Below, in pieces: positions 8,334 through 19,054 of a stretch of 22,395 nucleotides of DNA. Numbering within the stretch: position 1 is the stretch's first letter; each line of letters starts with the position of its first letter. The notes below the pieces were generated by a model. The model worked only from the letters and a program-made list of their open reading frames with translations. It was not told where the DNA came from and did not search any database. The translations under genes and the position numbers were made by a program. This DNA is from a virus (taxonomy: Duplodnaviria; Heunggongvirae; Uroviricota; Caudoviricetes). Where the stretch lies: IMG/VR virus record IMGVR_UViG_2879765931_000006, one strand, 5' to 3'.

Positions 8334-11043
8334 TTTGGGGATTGATGCGGCAGAGTTTAAAAATGAAATTCCCCGTATCAAAAACCTTCTGAATGGTGCA
8401 GCCAGCGATGCAGAACGGTCTTCTGCCCGTATGCAGCGTTTTATGGAGCGTCAGACTCAGGCGGCCCGGCAGACAATGCAGGCGGCTTCTTCGGCTGCAA
8501 CAGCAGCATCAGCCCATGCGCAGACGGTGGAGAAGAATGCACGGGCTCATGAACGCATGGCCCGTGAGGTGGAACAAACCCGTCTGCGCGTGGATGCCCT
8601 GAATCAGAAAATGCGCGAGGAACAGGCGCAGGCCAGGGCGGCTCAGCTGGGGGTAAGCAGTGCTGCAGAAGTGTATATCCGCAAAATGGAGCGGGCAGGA
8701 AAAGCCACACATTCGCTGGGGCTGAAAAGTGCGGCAGCCCGGCGGGAGCTGGGGGTGTTAATCAGTCAGATGGCGCGCGGCAATTTTGGTGCGCTGAGGG
8801 GATCCGGGATAACGCTGGCTAACCGTGCCGGATGGACAGGCGCACTGATGTCGCCGAAAGGCATGATGACTGGCGGCGTTATTGGCGGACTTGTCGCGGC
8901 GGTCCTGGGTCTGGGTAAAGCCTGGCATGACGGCCGGAAGGAGGGCGAGAAATTTAACCGTCAGCTGGCGCTGACGGGACATTATGCCGGTGTCACTGTC
9001 GGGCAGTTGTGGAAACTCAGCCGGGCCATATCCGGGAATGGTATCACGCAACATGCGGCAGCCGGTGCGCTGGCACAGGTGGTGGGCAGTGGGGCATTTC
9101 ATGGAAACGATATTGGTATGGTGGCGAAAGCTGCCGCACAGATGGAGCGATCGGTTGGCCAGTCGGTCAGCGATACCATAAATCAGTTTAAGCGGCTGAA
9201 GGATGATCCTGTAAATGCCGCGAAGGCGCTGGACAATGCGCTGCATTTTTTGAATGCCACTCAGCTTGAGCAGATACGCGTCCTTGGGGAGCAGGGGCGG
9301 TCCAGTGATGCGGCCCGGATCGCCATGTCTGCGCTGGCAGAGGAAACCGGTAAACGCACATCTGATATTGATAATAATCTCAATGCGCTGGGTAGTACGC
9401 TGCAAACCTTGTCTGACTGGTGGAAGCAGTTCTGGGATGCGGCCATGAATATTGGTCGTGAAGACTCGCTGGATGCGCAGATTGATGCGTTACAGGAAAA
9501 AATTCAGCGCGCGAAAAAATATCCGTGGACAAACGCCTCCACACAGGTGGAGTACGATCAGCAGCGTCTTAACGATCTTCAGGAGAAAAAACGCCGGAAG
9601 GATTTGCAGGATGCAAAAGCGCAGGCAGAACGGAATTACCAGGAGCAACAGAAACGCCGGAATGCTGAAAATGCCGCGCTGAACCGGATGAATGAAACGG
9701 AAGCTGCACGACATCAGCGGGAAATTGCGCGTATTAATGCCATGCAGTACGCCGACCAGGCTGTCAGGGATGCGGCGATACAGCGTGAAAATGAACGTTA
9801 CGAAAAAGCCATTAAGAAAAATACACGGGCAACCCGTAATGATGAGGCCACCCGGTTATTGCTGCAGTACAGTCAGCAGCAGGCACAGGTGGAAGGGCAG
9901 ATTGCTGCTGCCAGACAGTCAGCAGGCATTGCCACTGAAAGGATGACTGAAGCGCATAAACAGCTTCTGGCCCTGCAGCAGCGCATCAGCGACCTGGACG
10001 GGAAAAAGCTGACGGCAGATGAAAAGAGTGTGCTGGCCCGTAAGAATGAGCTGATTCAGGCGCTGACGCTGCTGGATGTGAAACAGCAGGAGCTGCAGAA
10101 ACAGACAGCGCTTAACGACCTGAGAAAAAAAACGGTTCAGCTGACCAGCCAGCTGGCAGACAAAGAACGTGCACTGCGTGAGCAGCACAATCTGGATATT
10201 GCCACTGCAGGTATGGGGGATAAGCAGCGGCAGCGCTACCAGGCACAGTTGCGCATCCGGCAGGAATACCGGCAACAGTTGCAACAGCTTGAGAATGACA
10301 GTCGCCAGAAAGGCACTTACGGGACGGAGGACTACCGGAGGGCTGAGGAGGTGCTGAAGGGGAGCCTGAAGCGACAACTGAATGAAAACAAACGCTACTG
10401 GCAGGAACTGGAAGTGGCGCAGGGCGACTGGAAAAACGGTGCCATGCGGGCGTTTCAGAATTTTACGGCGGATGCGGATAATGCGGCGGGAACGGCAGAA
10501 CAGATGTTTACAGTGGCATTCAGCAGTGCCGGTAATGCACTGGCGACATTCTGTACCACCGGTAAGCTGAATTTTAAATCCTTCACCTCTTCCCTGTTGT
10601 CAGATATGGCCAGAATTATGGCACAGATGGCCATGATGCAGGCGGTAAAGGGCGTCGGTTCTTTATTCGGCTTCACGACTAATGCTGATGGCGGTGTTTA
10701 CCAGTCTGCTGATTTGAGTCGCTACAGTGGCACGGTGGTTAACCGTCCGACGTTTTTTGCTTTTGCAAAAGGCGCGGGTGTGATGGGGGAAGCGGGACCT
10801 GAAGCCATTCTGCCACTGCGTCGCGGTGCTGATGGTAAGCTGGGGGTTGTGGCGGATACTGGTGGTTCAGGCATGGTGATGTTTGCCCCGCAGTACAACA
10901 TTGAGATCAATAACGACGGCACGAACGGGCAGATAGGTCCGGCTGCCCTGAAGGTGGTTTATGACCTCGGGAAAAAAGCGGCCGCGGACTTTATGCAACA
11001 GCAGGCCCGTGATGGTGGCCGGTTAAGTGGAGCATACCGGTAA
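8305..11043 (+). CDS. H: lambda-like tail tape measure protein H
   Basis: ~912 aa from ATG 8305 (RBS GGAGGTG); coiled-coil Q/R/E-rich centre; C-terminus ...NNDGTNGQIGPAALKVVYD...DGGRLSGAYR matches lambda gpH. Confidence 0.9.
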   Translation: MDQIANLVIDLGIDAAEFKNEIPRIKNLLNGAASDAERSSARMQRFMERQTQAARQTMQAASSAATAASAHAQTVEKNARAHERMAREVEQTRLRVDALNQKMREEQAQARAAQLGVSSAAEVYIRKMERAGKATHSLGLKSAAARRELGVLISQMARGNFGALRGSGITLANRAGWTGALMSPKGMMTGGVIGGLVAAVLGLGKAWHDGRKEGEKFNRQLALTGHYAGVTVGQLWKLSRAISGNGITQHAAAGALAQVVGSGAFHGNDIGMVAKAAAQMERSVGQSVSDTINQFKRLKDDPVNAAKALDNALHFLNATQLEQIRVLGEQGRSSDAARIAMSALAEETGKRTSDIDNNLNALGSTLQTLSDWWKQFWDAAMNIGREDSLDAQIDALQEKIQRAKKYPWTNASTQVEYDQQRLNDLQEKKRRKDLQDAKAQAERNYQEQQKRRNAENAALNRMNETEAARHQREIARINAMQYADQAVRDAAIQRENERYEKAIKKNTRATRNDEATRLLLQYSQQQAQVEGQIAAARQSAGIATERMTEAHKQLLALQQRISDLDGKKLTADEKSVLARKNELIQALTLLDVKQQELQKQTALNDLRKKTVQLTSQLADKERALREQHNLDIATAGMGDKQRQRYQAQLRIRQEYRQQLQQLENDSRQKGTYGTEDYRRAEEVLKGSLKRQLNENKRYWQELEVAQGDWKNGAMRAFQNFTADADNAAGTAEQMFTVAFSSAGNALATFCTTGKLNFKSFTSSLLSDMARIMAQMAMMQAVKGVGSLFGFTTNADGGVYQSADLSRYSGTVVNRPTFFAFAKGAGVMGEAGPEAILPLRRGADGKLGVVADTGGSGMVMFAPQYNIEINNDGTNGQIGPAALKVVYDLGKKAAADFMQQQARDGGRLSGAYR

Positions 11044-11372
11044 TGGAGACGTTTCACTGGAAAGTGCGCCCGGATATGAATGTGGTATCAGAGCCGAAAG
11101 TGGTGACAGTGAAGCTGGGCGATGGTTATGAACAGCGTCGTGCGGCGGGACTGAATAACCAGTTGTCGACTTACAGCGTGACGATACGTGTTCGTAAAGG
11201 TGAACACCCATCTTTAAAAGCCTTTCTGGAACGGCACGGTGGCGTCCGCGCATTTCAGTGGACGCCACCTTATGACTGGAAACTGATCAGGGTGGTTTGT
11301 CGTAAATGGTCGGCAAGCGTGGGGGCGTTATGGGTGACTGTAACGGCCGATTTTGAACAGGTGGTGAACTGA
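11043..11372 (+). CDS. M: lambda-like minor tail protein M
   Basis: 109 aa; ATG overlaps the H stop (TAATG); order and size match lambda gpM. Confidence 0.85.
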   Translation: METFHWKVRPDMNVVSEPKVVTVKLGDGYEQRRAAGLNNQLSTYSVTIRVRKGEHPSLKAFLERHGGVRAFQWTPPYDWKLIRVVCRKWSASVGALWVTVTADFEQVVN

Positions 11373-12070
11373 TGCAGGATATCCGGCAGGAAACACTGAA
11401 TGAATGCACCCGTGCGGAGCAGTCAGCCCGGGTGGAGCTCTGGGAAATCGATCTGACAGAGGTCGGTGGTGAGCGTTATTTTTTCTGTAATGAGCAGAAC
11501 GAAAAAGGTGAGCCGGTCACCTGGCAGGGGCGGCAGTATCAGGCATACCCCATTCAGGGGTCGGGGTTTGAACTGAACGGCAGGGGCTGTGCTGCCCGTC
11601 CGACACTGACGGTCTCTAACCTGCACGGCATGGTCACCGGGATGGCGGAAGATCTGCAGAGTCTGGTCGGCGGAACGGTGGTCCGGCGTAAGGTTTACGC
11701 CCGTTTTCTGGATGCGGTGAACTTCGTCAACGGAAACAGCGACGCCGATCCGGAACAGGAGGTGATCAGCCGCTGGCGCATCGAGCAGTGCAGCGAACTG
11801 AGCGCGGTCAGTGCCTCTTTTGTGCTGGCCACACCAACGGAGACGGATGGCGCGGTTTTCCCGGGGCGTATCATGCTGGCGAATACCTGTATGTGGACTT
11901 ACCGTTCTGATGAGTGTGGTTACACGGGCAGGGCAGTGGCTGACGAGTTCGACAAACCAACAACGGATATCCGGAAGGACAAATGCAGCAAGTGTATGCG
12001 CGGGTGTGAGTTGCGCAACAATACCGGTAATTTCGGCGGTTTCCTTTCCATCAATAAACTTTCTCAGTAA
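11372..12070 (+). CDS. L: lambda-like minor tail protein L
   Basis: 232 aa; ATG overlaps the M stop; C-terminal cysteine cluster (CMWTYRSDECGYTG...KCSKCMRGC) as in gpL. Confidence 0.85.
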   Translation: MQDIRQETLNECTRAEQSARVELWEIDLTEVGGERYFFCNEQNEKGEPVTWQGRQYQAYPIQGSGFELNGRGCAARPTLTVSNLHGMVTGMAEDLQSLVGGTVVRRKVYARFLDAVNFVNGNSDADPEQEVISRWRIEQCSELSAVSASFVLATPTETDGAVFPGRIMLANTCMWTYRSDECGYTGRAVADEFDKPTTDIRKDKCSKCMRGCELRNNTGNFGGFLSINKLSQ

Positions 12071-12074
12071 ATCC

Positions 12075-12818
12075 ATGACACAGACAGAATCAGCGATTCT
12101 GGCGCACGCCCGGCGATGTGCGCCAGCGGAGTCGTGTGGCTTCGTGGTGAGAACGCCGGAGGGAGACAGGTATCTTCCCAGCGAGAATATCTCCGGTGAG
12201 CCGGAGGAACGGTTCCGGATGGCTCCGGAGGACTGGCTGCGGGCACAAATGCAGGGTGAGATTGTGGCACTGGTCCACAGTCATCCCGGTGGTCTGCCCT
12301 GGCTGAGTGAGGCTGACCGGCGGCTGCAGGTGCAGAGTGATTTGCCGTGGTGGCTGGTCTGCCGGGGGGCGATTCACAAGTTCCGCTGTGTGCCGCATCT
12401 CACCGGGCGGCGCTTTGAGCACGGGGTGACGGACTGTTACACGCTGTTCCGGGATGCTTATCATCTGGCGGGGATTGAGATGCCGGATTTTCATCGCGGG
12501 GATGACTGGTGGCGTCACGGTCAGAATCTCTATCTGGATAATCTGGAGGCCACAGGGCTGTATCAGGTGCCGTTGTCATCAGCACAACCGGGCGATGTGC
12601 TGCTGTGCTGTTTTGGTTCATCGGTGCCGAATCATGCCGCCATTTACTGCGGCGATGGTGAGCTGCTGCACCATATTCCTGAACAACTGAGTAAACGAGA
12701 GAGGTATACCGACAAATGGCAGCGACGCACACACTCCCTCTGGCGTCACCGGGAATGGCACGCATCTGCCTTTACGGGGATTTGCAACGATTTGGCCGCC
12801 GCATCGACCTTCGTGTGA
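12075..12818 (+). CDS. K: lambda-like tail assembly protein K (JAB/MPN metalloprotease-like + NlpC/P60-like domains)
   Basis: MTQTESAILAHARRCAPAESCGFVV...HSHPGG (JAMM-like H-x-H) ...TDCYTLFRDAYH (NlpC/P60-like Cys); 3' end overlaps I out of frame by ~100 nt. Exact C-terminus uncertain. Confidence 0.8.
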   Translation: MTQTESAILAHARRCAPAESCGFVVRTPEGDRYLPSENISGEPEERFRMAPEDWLRAQMQGEIVALVHSHPGGLPWLSEADRRLQVQSDLPWWLVCRGAIHKFRCVPHLTGRRFEHGVTDCYTLFRDAYHLAGIEMPDFHRGDDWWRHGQNLYLDNLEATGLYQVPLSSAQPGDVLLCCFGSSVPNHAAIYCGDGELLHHIPEQLSKRERYTDKWQRRTHSLWRHREWHASAFTGICNDLAAASTFV

Positions 12819-13357
12819 AAACGGGGGCTGAAGCCATCCGCGCACTGGCCACACAGCTCCCGGCGTTTCGTCAGAAACTGAGTGACGGCTGGTATCAGGT
12901 GCGCATTGCCGGGCGTGATGCAGGTGAAACCGAATTGTCTGCCCGTCTTAATGAGCCGCTGGCAAATGGTGCAGTGATCCACATAGTACCGCGTCTGGTG
13001 GGAGCTAAAAGTGGCGGTGTGTTTCAGGCGGTGCTGGGGGCAGCTGTTATGGCGGTTGCTATATGGATGCCGGGGGTAGGAATTATGGCGAGTAATCTGC
13101 TGTTTTCTCTCGGTGCCAGTATGACGCTTGGCGGTGTTGCACAGATGCTGGCACCGAAAGCCAGAACTCCCCGTACACAGACAACGGATAACGGCAAACA
13201 GAACACCTGTTTCTCCTCACTGGATAACATGGTTGCCCAGGGCAATGTTCTGCCTGTTCTGTACGGTGAAATGCGCGTGGGGTCGCGGGTGGTATCTCAG
13301 GAGATCAGCACGGCAGACGAAGGGGATGGTGGTCAGGTTGTGGTGATTGGTCGCTGA
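12716..13357 (+). CDS. I: lambda-like tail assembly protein I
   Basis: MAATHTLPLASPGMARICLYGDLQRFGRRIDLRVKTGAEAIRALATQLPAFRQKL... matches lambda gpI closely; hydrophobic middle segment. Confidence 0.9.
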   Translation: MAATHTLPLASPGMARICLYGDLQRFGRRIDLRVKTGAEAIRALATQLPAFRQKLSDGWYQVRIAGRDAGETELSARLNEPLANGAVIHIVPRLVGAKSGGVFQAVLGAAVMAVAIWMPGVGIMASNLLFSLGASMTLGGVAQMLAPKARTPRTQTTDNGKQNTCFSSLDNMVAQGNVLPVLYGEMRVGSRVVSQEISTADEGDGGQVVVIGR

Positions 13358-13376
13358 TGCAAAATGTTTCATGTGA

Positions 13377-13396
13377 AACCGCCTGCGGGCGGTTTT
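13377..13396 (+). terminator. hairpin + T-run between I and J (possible attenuator)
   Basis: AACCGCC-tgcg-GGCGGTT followed by TTTTG; 7-bp stem. Confidence 0.3.
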
Positions 13397-13417
13397 GTCG
13401 TTTATGGAGCGTGAGGA

Positions 13418-16400
13418 ATGGGTAAAGGCAGCAGTAAGGGGCATACCCCGCGCGAAGCGAAGGACAACCTGAAATCCACGCAGTTGCTGAGTGTGATTGA
13501 TGCCATCAGCGAAGGGCCGGTTGACGGTCCGGTGGATGGATTAAAAAGCGTGCTGCTGAACGGTACGCCGGTCCTGGATAGCGAGGGGAAGACAAACTTT
13601 TCCGGTGTTACGGTGGTGTTCCGCGCCGGCGAGCAGGAGCAGACACCGCCGGAGGGGTTTGAATCTTCCGGCTCAGAGACTGTGCTGGGTACGGAAGTGA
13701 AATACGACACGCCGATCACCCGGACCATCACGTCGGCAAACATTGATCGTCTGCGCCTGACCTTCGGTGTGCAGGCACTGGTGGAAACCACCTCAAAGGG
13801 GGACCGGAATCCGTCGGAAGTCCGCCTGCTGGTTCAGATACAGCGTAACGGTGGCTGGGTGACGGAAAAAGACATCACCATTAAGGGCAAAACCACTTCG
13901 CAGTATCTGGCCTCGGTGGTGGTGGGTAACCTGCCGCCGCGCCCGTTTAATATCCGGATGCGCAGGATGACACCGGACAGCACCACAGACCAGCTGCAGA
14001 ACAAAACGCTCTGGTCGTCGTACACCGAAATCATCGATGTGAAACAGTGCTACCCGAACACGGCGCTGGTCGGCGTGCAGGTGGATTCAGAGCAGTTCGG
14101 TAACCAGCAGGTGAGTCGCAATTATCATCTTCGCGGGCGCATTCTGCAGGTGCCGTCGAACTATAACCCGCAGACGCGGCAATACAGCGGTATCTGGGAC
14201 GGAACGCTTAAGCCAGCATACAGCAACAACATGGCCTGGTGTCTGTGGGACATGCTCACTCATCCGCGCTACGGCATGGGGAAACGTCTTGGTGCGGCAG
14301 ATGTGGACAAATGGGCGCTGTATGTCATCGGCCAGTACTGCGACCAGTCAGTGCCGGACGGATTTGGCGGCACGGAGCCGCGCATCACCTGTAACGCTTA
14401 CCTGACCACACAGCGTAAGGCGTGGGATGTTCTCAGTGATTTCTGCTCGGCGATGCGCTGTATGCCGGTATGGAACGGGCAGACGCTGACGTTCGTGCAG
14501 GACCGACCGTCGGATAAAGTGTGGACCTATAACCGCAGTAATGTGGTGATGCCGGATGATGGCGCGCCGTTCCGCTACAGCTTCAGCGCCCTGAAGGACC
14601 GCCATAATGTCGTTGAGGTGAACTGGATTGATCCGGACAACGGTCATGAGACGGCGACAGAGCTTGTGGAGGACACGCAGGCCATTGTCCGTTACGGTCG
14701 TAACGTCACGAAGATGGATGCCTTTGGCTGTACCAGCCGGGGACAGGCGCACCGCGCCGGGCTGTGGCTGATTAAAACGGAACTGCTGGAAACGCAGACC
14801 GTGGACTTCAGCGTCGGCGCAGAAGGGCTTCGCCATGTACCGGGTGATGTCATTGAAATCTGCGATGATGATTATGCCGGTATCAGCACCGGTGGTCGCG
14901 TACTGGCGGTGAACAGCCAGACCCGGACGCTGACGCTCGACCGTGAAATCACGCTGCCGTCCTCCGGTACCACGCTGATAAGCTTGGTTGACGGAAATGG
15001 CAATCCGGTCAGCGTGGAGGTTCAGTCCGTCACCGACGGCGTGAAGGTGAAAGTGAGCCGGGTTCCTGACGGCGTTGCAGAATACAGCGTGTGGGGGCTG
15101 AAGCTGCCGACGCTGCGCCAGCGCCTGTTCCGCTGCGTGAGTATCCGTGAGAACGACGACGGCACGTATGCCATCACCGCCGTGCAGCATGTGCCGGAAA
15201 AAGAGGCCATCGTGGATAACGGGGCACACTTTGACGGTGACCGGCGCGGCACGGTGAATGGTGTCACGCCGCCAGCGGTGCAGCATCTGACCGCCGAAGT
15301 CACCGCAGACAGCGGGGAATATCAGGTGCTGGCGCGATGGGACACGCCGAAGGTGGTGAAGGGTGTGAGCTTCCTGCTTCGCCTGACCGTGGCAGCGGAC
15401 GACGGCAGTGAGCGGCTGGTCAGCACAGCCAGGACGACGGAAACCACATACCGCTTCAGGCAGCTGGCGCTGGGGAATTACAGTCTGACAGTCCGGGCGG
15501 TAAATGCCCGGGGGCAGCAGGGCGATCCGGCGTCGGTATCGTTCCGGATTGCGGCACCGGCAGCGCCTGTCACTATTGAACTGATACCGGGGTATTTTCA
15601 GATAACGGTGGTCCCGAAACTGGCTGTATATGACCCGACGGTGCAGTTTGAGTTCTGGTTTTCGGAAAAGCGGATTGCGGATATCAGGCAGGTTGAAACC
15701 AGCGCCCGCTATCTTGGCACGGCGCTGTACTGGATAGCCGCCAGTATCAATATCAGGCCGGGCCATGATTATTATTTTTACGTTCGCAGTGTGAACACCG
15801 TTGGCAAATCGGCATTTGTGGAGGCCGTCGGTCGGGCGAGCGATGATGCGGAAGGTTATCTGAGTTTTTATAAAGGGTTGATCAATAAAACGCATCTCGG
15901 CAAGGAGTTGTGGACGCAGATTGATAACGGTCAGCTTGCGCCGGACCTGACTGAAATCAGGACGTCCATTACGAATGTCAGCAATGAAATCACGCAAACC
16001 GTCAATAAAAAACTGGAAAATCAGAGTGCTGCAATCCAGCAGATACAGAAAGTTCAGGTTGATACAAATAATAACCTGAACAGCATGTGGGCTGTGAAGC
16101 TGCAACAGATGAAGGACGGACGCCTTTATATTGCGTGGTATCGGTGCCGGTATTGAGAATACGCCAGCAGGAATGCAGAGTCAGGTGCTGCTGGCGGCAG
16201 ACAGGATTGCGATGATTAATCCTGCGAATGGCAACACAAAGCCGATGTTTGTTGGTCAGGGCGATCAGATATTCATGAACGACGTGTTCCTGAAACGCCT
16301 GACGGCTCCGACCATTACCAGCGGCGGTAATCCTCCGGCATTTTCCCTGACACCTGGCGGACGGCTGACGGCGAAAAATGCCGATATCAGCGGTAACGTG

Positions 16401-16898
16401 AACGCGAACTCCGGGACGCTCAACAACGTCACGATTAATAAGAACTGTCGGGTTCTGGGAAAATTGTCCGCGAACCAGATTGAAGGCGATCTCGTTAAAA
16501 CAGTGGGCAAACCTTTCCCACGGGACTCCCGGGCACCGGAGAGGTGGCCATCAGGGACCATTACCGTCAGGGTTTATGACGATCAGCCGTTTGATCGGCA
16601 AATTGTTATTCCCGCGGTGGCGTTTCGCGGTGCTAAACATGAGCGGAAGAATAACAATATTTATTCGTCATGCCGCCTGATAGTGAAGAAAAACGGTGCT
16701 GAAATTTATAACCGAACGACCCTGGATAATACGCTGATATATACGGGTGTTATTGATATGCCTGCCGGTCACGGTCACATGACGCTGGAGTTTTCTGTAT
16801 CGGCATGGCTGGTAAATGGCTGGTATCCCACAGCAAGTATCAGCGATTTGCTGGTTGTTGTGATGAAGAAATCCACAGCAGGTATCAGTATCAGCTGA
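13418..16898 (+). pseudogene. J: lambda-like tail tip / host specificity protein J, interrupted by a +1 frameshift near 16136 (ORFs 13418..16156 and 16131..16898)
   Basis: N-terminal 912 aa track lambda gpJ from [24 protein letters not shown] onward, then the frame ends ...[12 protein letters not shown]-stop. The next frame resumes [32 protein letters not shown]..., which is the contiguous J sequence. Junction reads gcgTggtatcggtgcc against expected gcgggtatcggtgcc. Confidence 0.8.
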
Positions 16899-16917
16899 AT
16901 TTTATAACCCAGATACG

Positions 16918-16941
16918 GGCACCAGAAATGGTGCCTTTTTT
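16918..16941 (+). terminator. intrinsic terminator after J (GGCACC-agaaat-GGTGCC + T6)
   Basis: Perfect 6-bp stem followed by TTTTTTATT. Confidence 0.6.
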
Positions 16942-16965
16942 ATTGCAGAAAAGCGAGAGGTAATT

Positions 16966-17565
16966 ATGCGTAAACTTTATGCTGCCATTTTGTCCGCAGC
17001 CATCTGTCTGGCTGTATCCGGTGCGCCTGCATGGGCGTCTGAACATCAGTCCACGCTGAGCGCGGGGTATCTTCATGCCTCGACGAACGCTCCCGGCAGT
17101 GATGATCTGAACGGGATTAACGTGAAATACCGTTATGAGTTTACGGACACGCTGGGGCTGGTGACGTCATTCAGCTATGCCAACGCTGAAGATGAGCAAA
17201 AAACGCATTACAGTGATACCCGCTGGCATGAGGATTCCGTGCGTAACCGCTGGTTCAGCGTGATGGCGGGGCTGTCTGTGCGCGTGAATGAATGGTTCAG
17301 CGCGTATGCGATGGCGGGCGTGGCTTACAGCCGTGTGTCGACCTTCTCCGGGGATTATCTCCGCGTAACTGACAACAAGGGGAAAACGCACGATGTGCTG
17401 ACCGGGAGTGATGACAACCGCCACAGCAACACGTCTCTGGCGTGGGGGGCTGGCGTGCAGTTTAACCCGACCGAATCCGTGGCCATTGACCTTGCTTATG
17501 AAGGTTCCGGCAGTGGCGACTGGCGCACTGACGGTTTCATCGTGGGTGTCGGTTATAAGTTCTGA
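16966..17565 (+). CDS. lom: Lom/Ail/PagC-family outer membrane beta-barrel protein
   Basis: 199 aa with signal peptide ([24 protein letters not shown]), alternating beta-strand pattern, C-terminal aromatic residue (…GVGYKF); sits after J as lom does in lambda. Confidence 0.85.
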   Translation: MRKLYAAILSAAICLAVSGAPAWASEHQSTLSAGYLHASTNAPGSDDLNGINVKYRYEFTDTLGLVTSFSYANAEDEQKTHYSDTRWHEDSVRNRWFSVMAGLSVRVNEWFSAYAMAGVAYSRVSTFSGDYLRVTDNKGKTHDVLTGSDDNRHSNTSLAWGAGVQFNPTESVAIDLAYEGSGSGDWRTDGFIVGVGYKF

Positions 17566-17591
17566 TTAGCCAGGTAACACAGTGTTATGAC

Positions 17592-17618
17592 AGCCCGCTG
17601 GTTCAGGCGGGCTTTTTG
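17592..17618 (+). terminator. intrinsic terminator after lom (AGCCCGC-tggttcag-GCGGGCT + T5)
   Basis: 7-bp perfect stem followed by TTTTT. Confidence 0.6.
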
Positions 17619-17628
17619 TGGGGTGAAT

Positions 17629-19044
17629 ATGGCAGTAAAGATTTCAGGTGTACTGAAAGATGGGGCGGGTAAACCTGTCGTAAATTGTGCGATTGAACTG
17701 CGGGCCAGAAGAACCAGTCCGACCGTTGTGGCACACGTTGTTGCCACTTGCGTGACGGACAATAACGGTGCTTATGTGATTGAGGCTGAGCCGGGGTATT
17801 ACGAGGTTGCGCTTCACTGTAACGGCTGGCAGCCAACCCGTGTCGGGGATATTGATGTGGCACCGACTGATGCACCGGGGACACTGAACGCGTTTCTGAA
17901 TGCACCAAAGGATGGTGATTTACGTCCGGAGGTGATGAAGCGCTTTGAGGAAATGGTGGCGCAGGCGCAGCAGAGTGCCGGGGCTGCAGCCGGAAACGCA
18001 CAGCAGACGGCGCAGGATGTGGCGGCAGCCGCAACGGCCCGTGATGATGCACAACGTTTTGCGGAGAAAGCCCGACAGGATGCAACCGTCACAGCTGAGG
18101 ACAGAAAGGCCACTGCGGAAGATGTGACAAGCACAGGAGCAAATGCAGCCGCAGCCGGACAGAGCGCACAGGATGCCGCAGGTTATGCCCGCGCAGCAGA
18201 ACAGGCCAAAAATGACATTGATGCTGCGCTGACCGGCACTCTGAAAATGGCTAACCATCTGTCAGAAATCGCAGCAGCAGGCGAAAAGGCACAACAGAAG
18301 TCCCGGGATAATCTGGGGCTGAAAAGTGCGGCCACGATGGAAGCACAGAGCGACATTTACGACCGGACAAAAGGCCGTCTGGCGATACCCGGCGCATTCG
18401 GCTTTGGGTGTGCTTTTCTGCCTGAAGATGTTATCCGTTTTGACACTAAGAGTGATTTCCTGGCCTGGGTAAGGAATGCGCTGCCAGGTGAATATTCCGT
18501 TGCTGGCCCCTACGGCATCATCATACCCGACACACGGTTTGAAGGGGTGCTCAGCATCCGGTGGACTGATGCACGCCCTGAGACAACAGAACCGCGGTAC
18601 AGAGCCAAATCCCTTACTTTTTACGGCATTAACGGCCCCATTTATCACACCCGCTACTGCTACTGGCCCATATCCAGACTGACTGACTGGGTGAAAATAA
18701 ATATAACCACAGAAGATATTATTTACAGAATCGTGGCGAGCTCTGTCCGCAACAGATGGGGAGACCCTGACATTGGCGGGCTGATTATTGCTGCGTACCA
18801 GGGAGAAGCTGACGGTGATAAAGTCATCAGACTTGTCAGGGGGCAGTCATACAGAGGCTCACGACTGGGACCGGTGGGGATTTCAGTGCCCAGTACTCCC
18901 ACCGGAACGTATATAGCATCCCCACAATTTTTCATTACGGGATGTTCAGAGCATTCATTACCAGGGTCATATTGCGCCCTGTCCGGGGTGCCGGATGCTC
19001 ATGTCTCTGGCGCAATGCCCGGGCTTTTTATTCGCACATCGTGA
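17629..19044 (+). CDS. stf: side tail fiber protein (lambda Stf-like N-terminus, Ala-rich central region, divergent C-terminal receptor-binding region)
   Basis: MAVKISGVLKDGAGKPVVNCAIELRARRTSPTVV... matches the lambda Stf N-terminus (MAVKISGVLKDGTGKPV...); Ala/Gln-rich central repeats; C-terminal third has no lambda counterpart I recognise. The ORF track starts it at 17587; ATG 17629 is preferred. Confidence 0.8.
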   Translation: MAVKISGVLKDGAGKPVVNCAIELRARRTSPTVVAHVVATCVTDNNGAYVIEAEPGYYEVALHCNGWQPTRVGDIDVAPTDAPGTLNAFLNAPKDGDLRPEVMKRFEEMVAQAQQSAGAAAGNAQQTAQDVAAAATARDDAQRFAEKARQDATVTAEDRKATAEDVTSTGANAAAAGQSAQDAAGYARAAEQAKNDIDAALTGTLKMANHLSEIAAAGEKAQQKSRDNLGLKSAATMEAQSDIYDRTKGRLAIPGAFGFGCAFLPEDVIRFDTKSDFLAWVRNALPGEYSVAGPYGIIIPDTRFEGVLSIRWTDARPETTEPRYRAKSLTFYGINGPIYHTRYCYWPISRLTDWVKINITTEDIIYRIVASSVRNRWGDPDIGGLIIAAYQGEADGDKVIRLVRGQSYRGSRLGPVGISVPSTPTGTYIASPQFFITGCSEHSLPGSYCALSGVPDAHVSGAMPGLFIRTS

Positions 19045-19054
19045 GGAATGCACC

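Noticed and set aside
8758-10377. Minus-strand ORFs of 215 aa (8758..9405) and 152 aa (9919..10377)
   Set aside because: Antisense to the tape measure gene H, whose plus-strand frame is conserved end to end; low-complexity products without RBS support.
11811-12074. Upstream extension of the K ORF (track start 11811)
   Set aside because: The extension overlaps L in another frame; the ATG at 12075 gives the MTQTESAIL N-terminus of gpK and follows the L stop by 5 nt.
11423-12076. 217-aa minus-strand ORF
   Set aside because: Antisense to tail gene L; no independent support.
14348-16105. 585-aa ORF on the minus strand
   Set aside because: Entirely antisense to the conserved J coding sequence; no recognisable motifs; long antisense ORFs are expected in GC-rich coding DNA.
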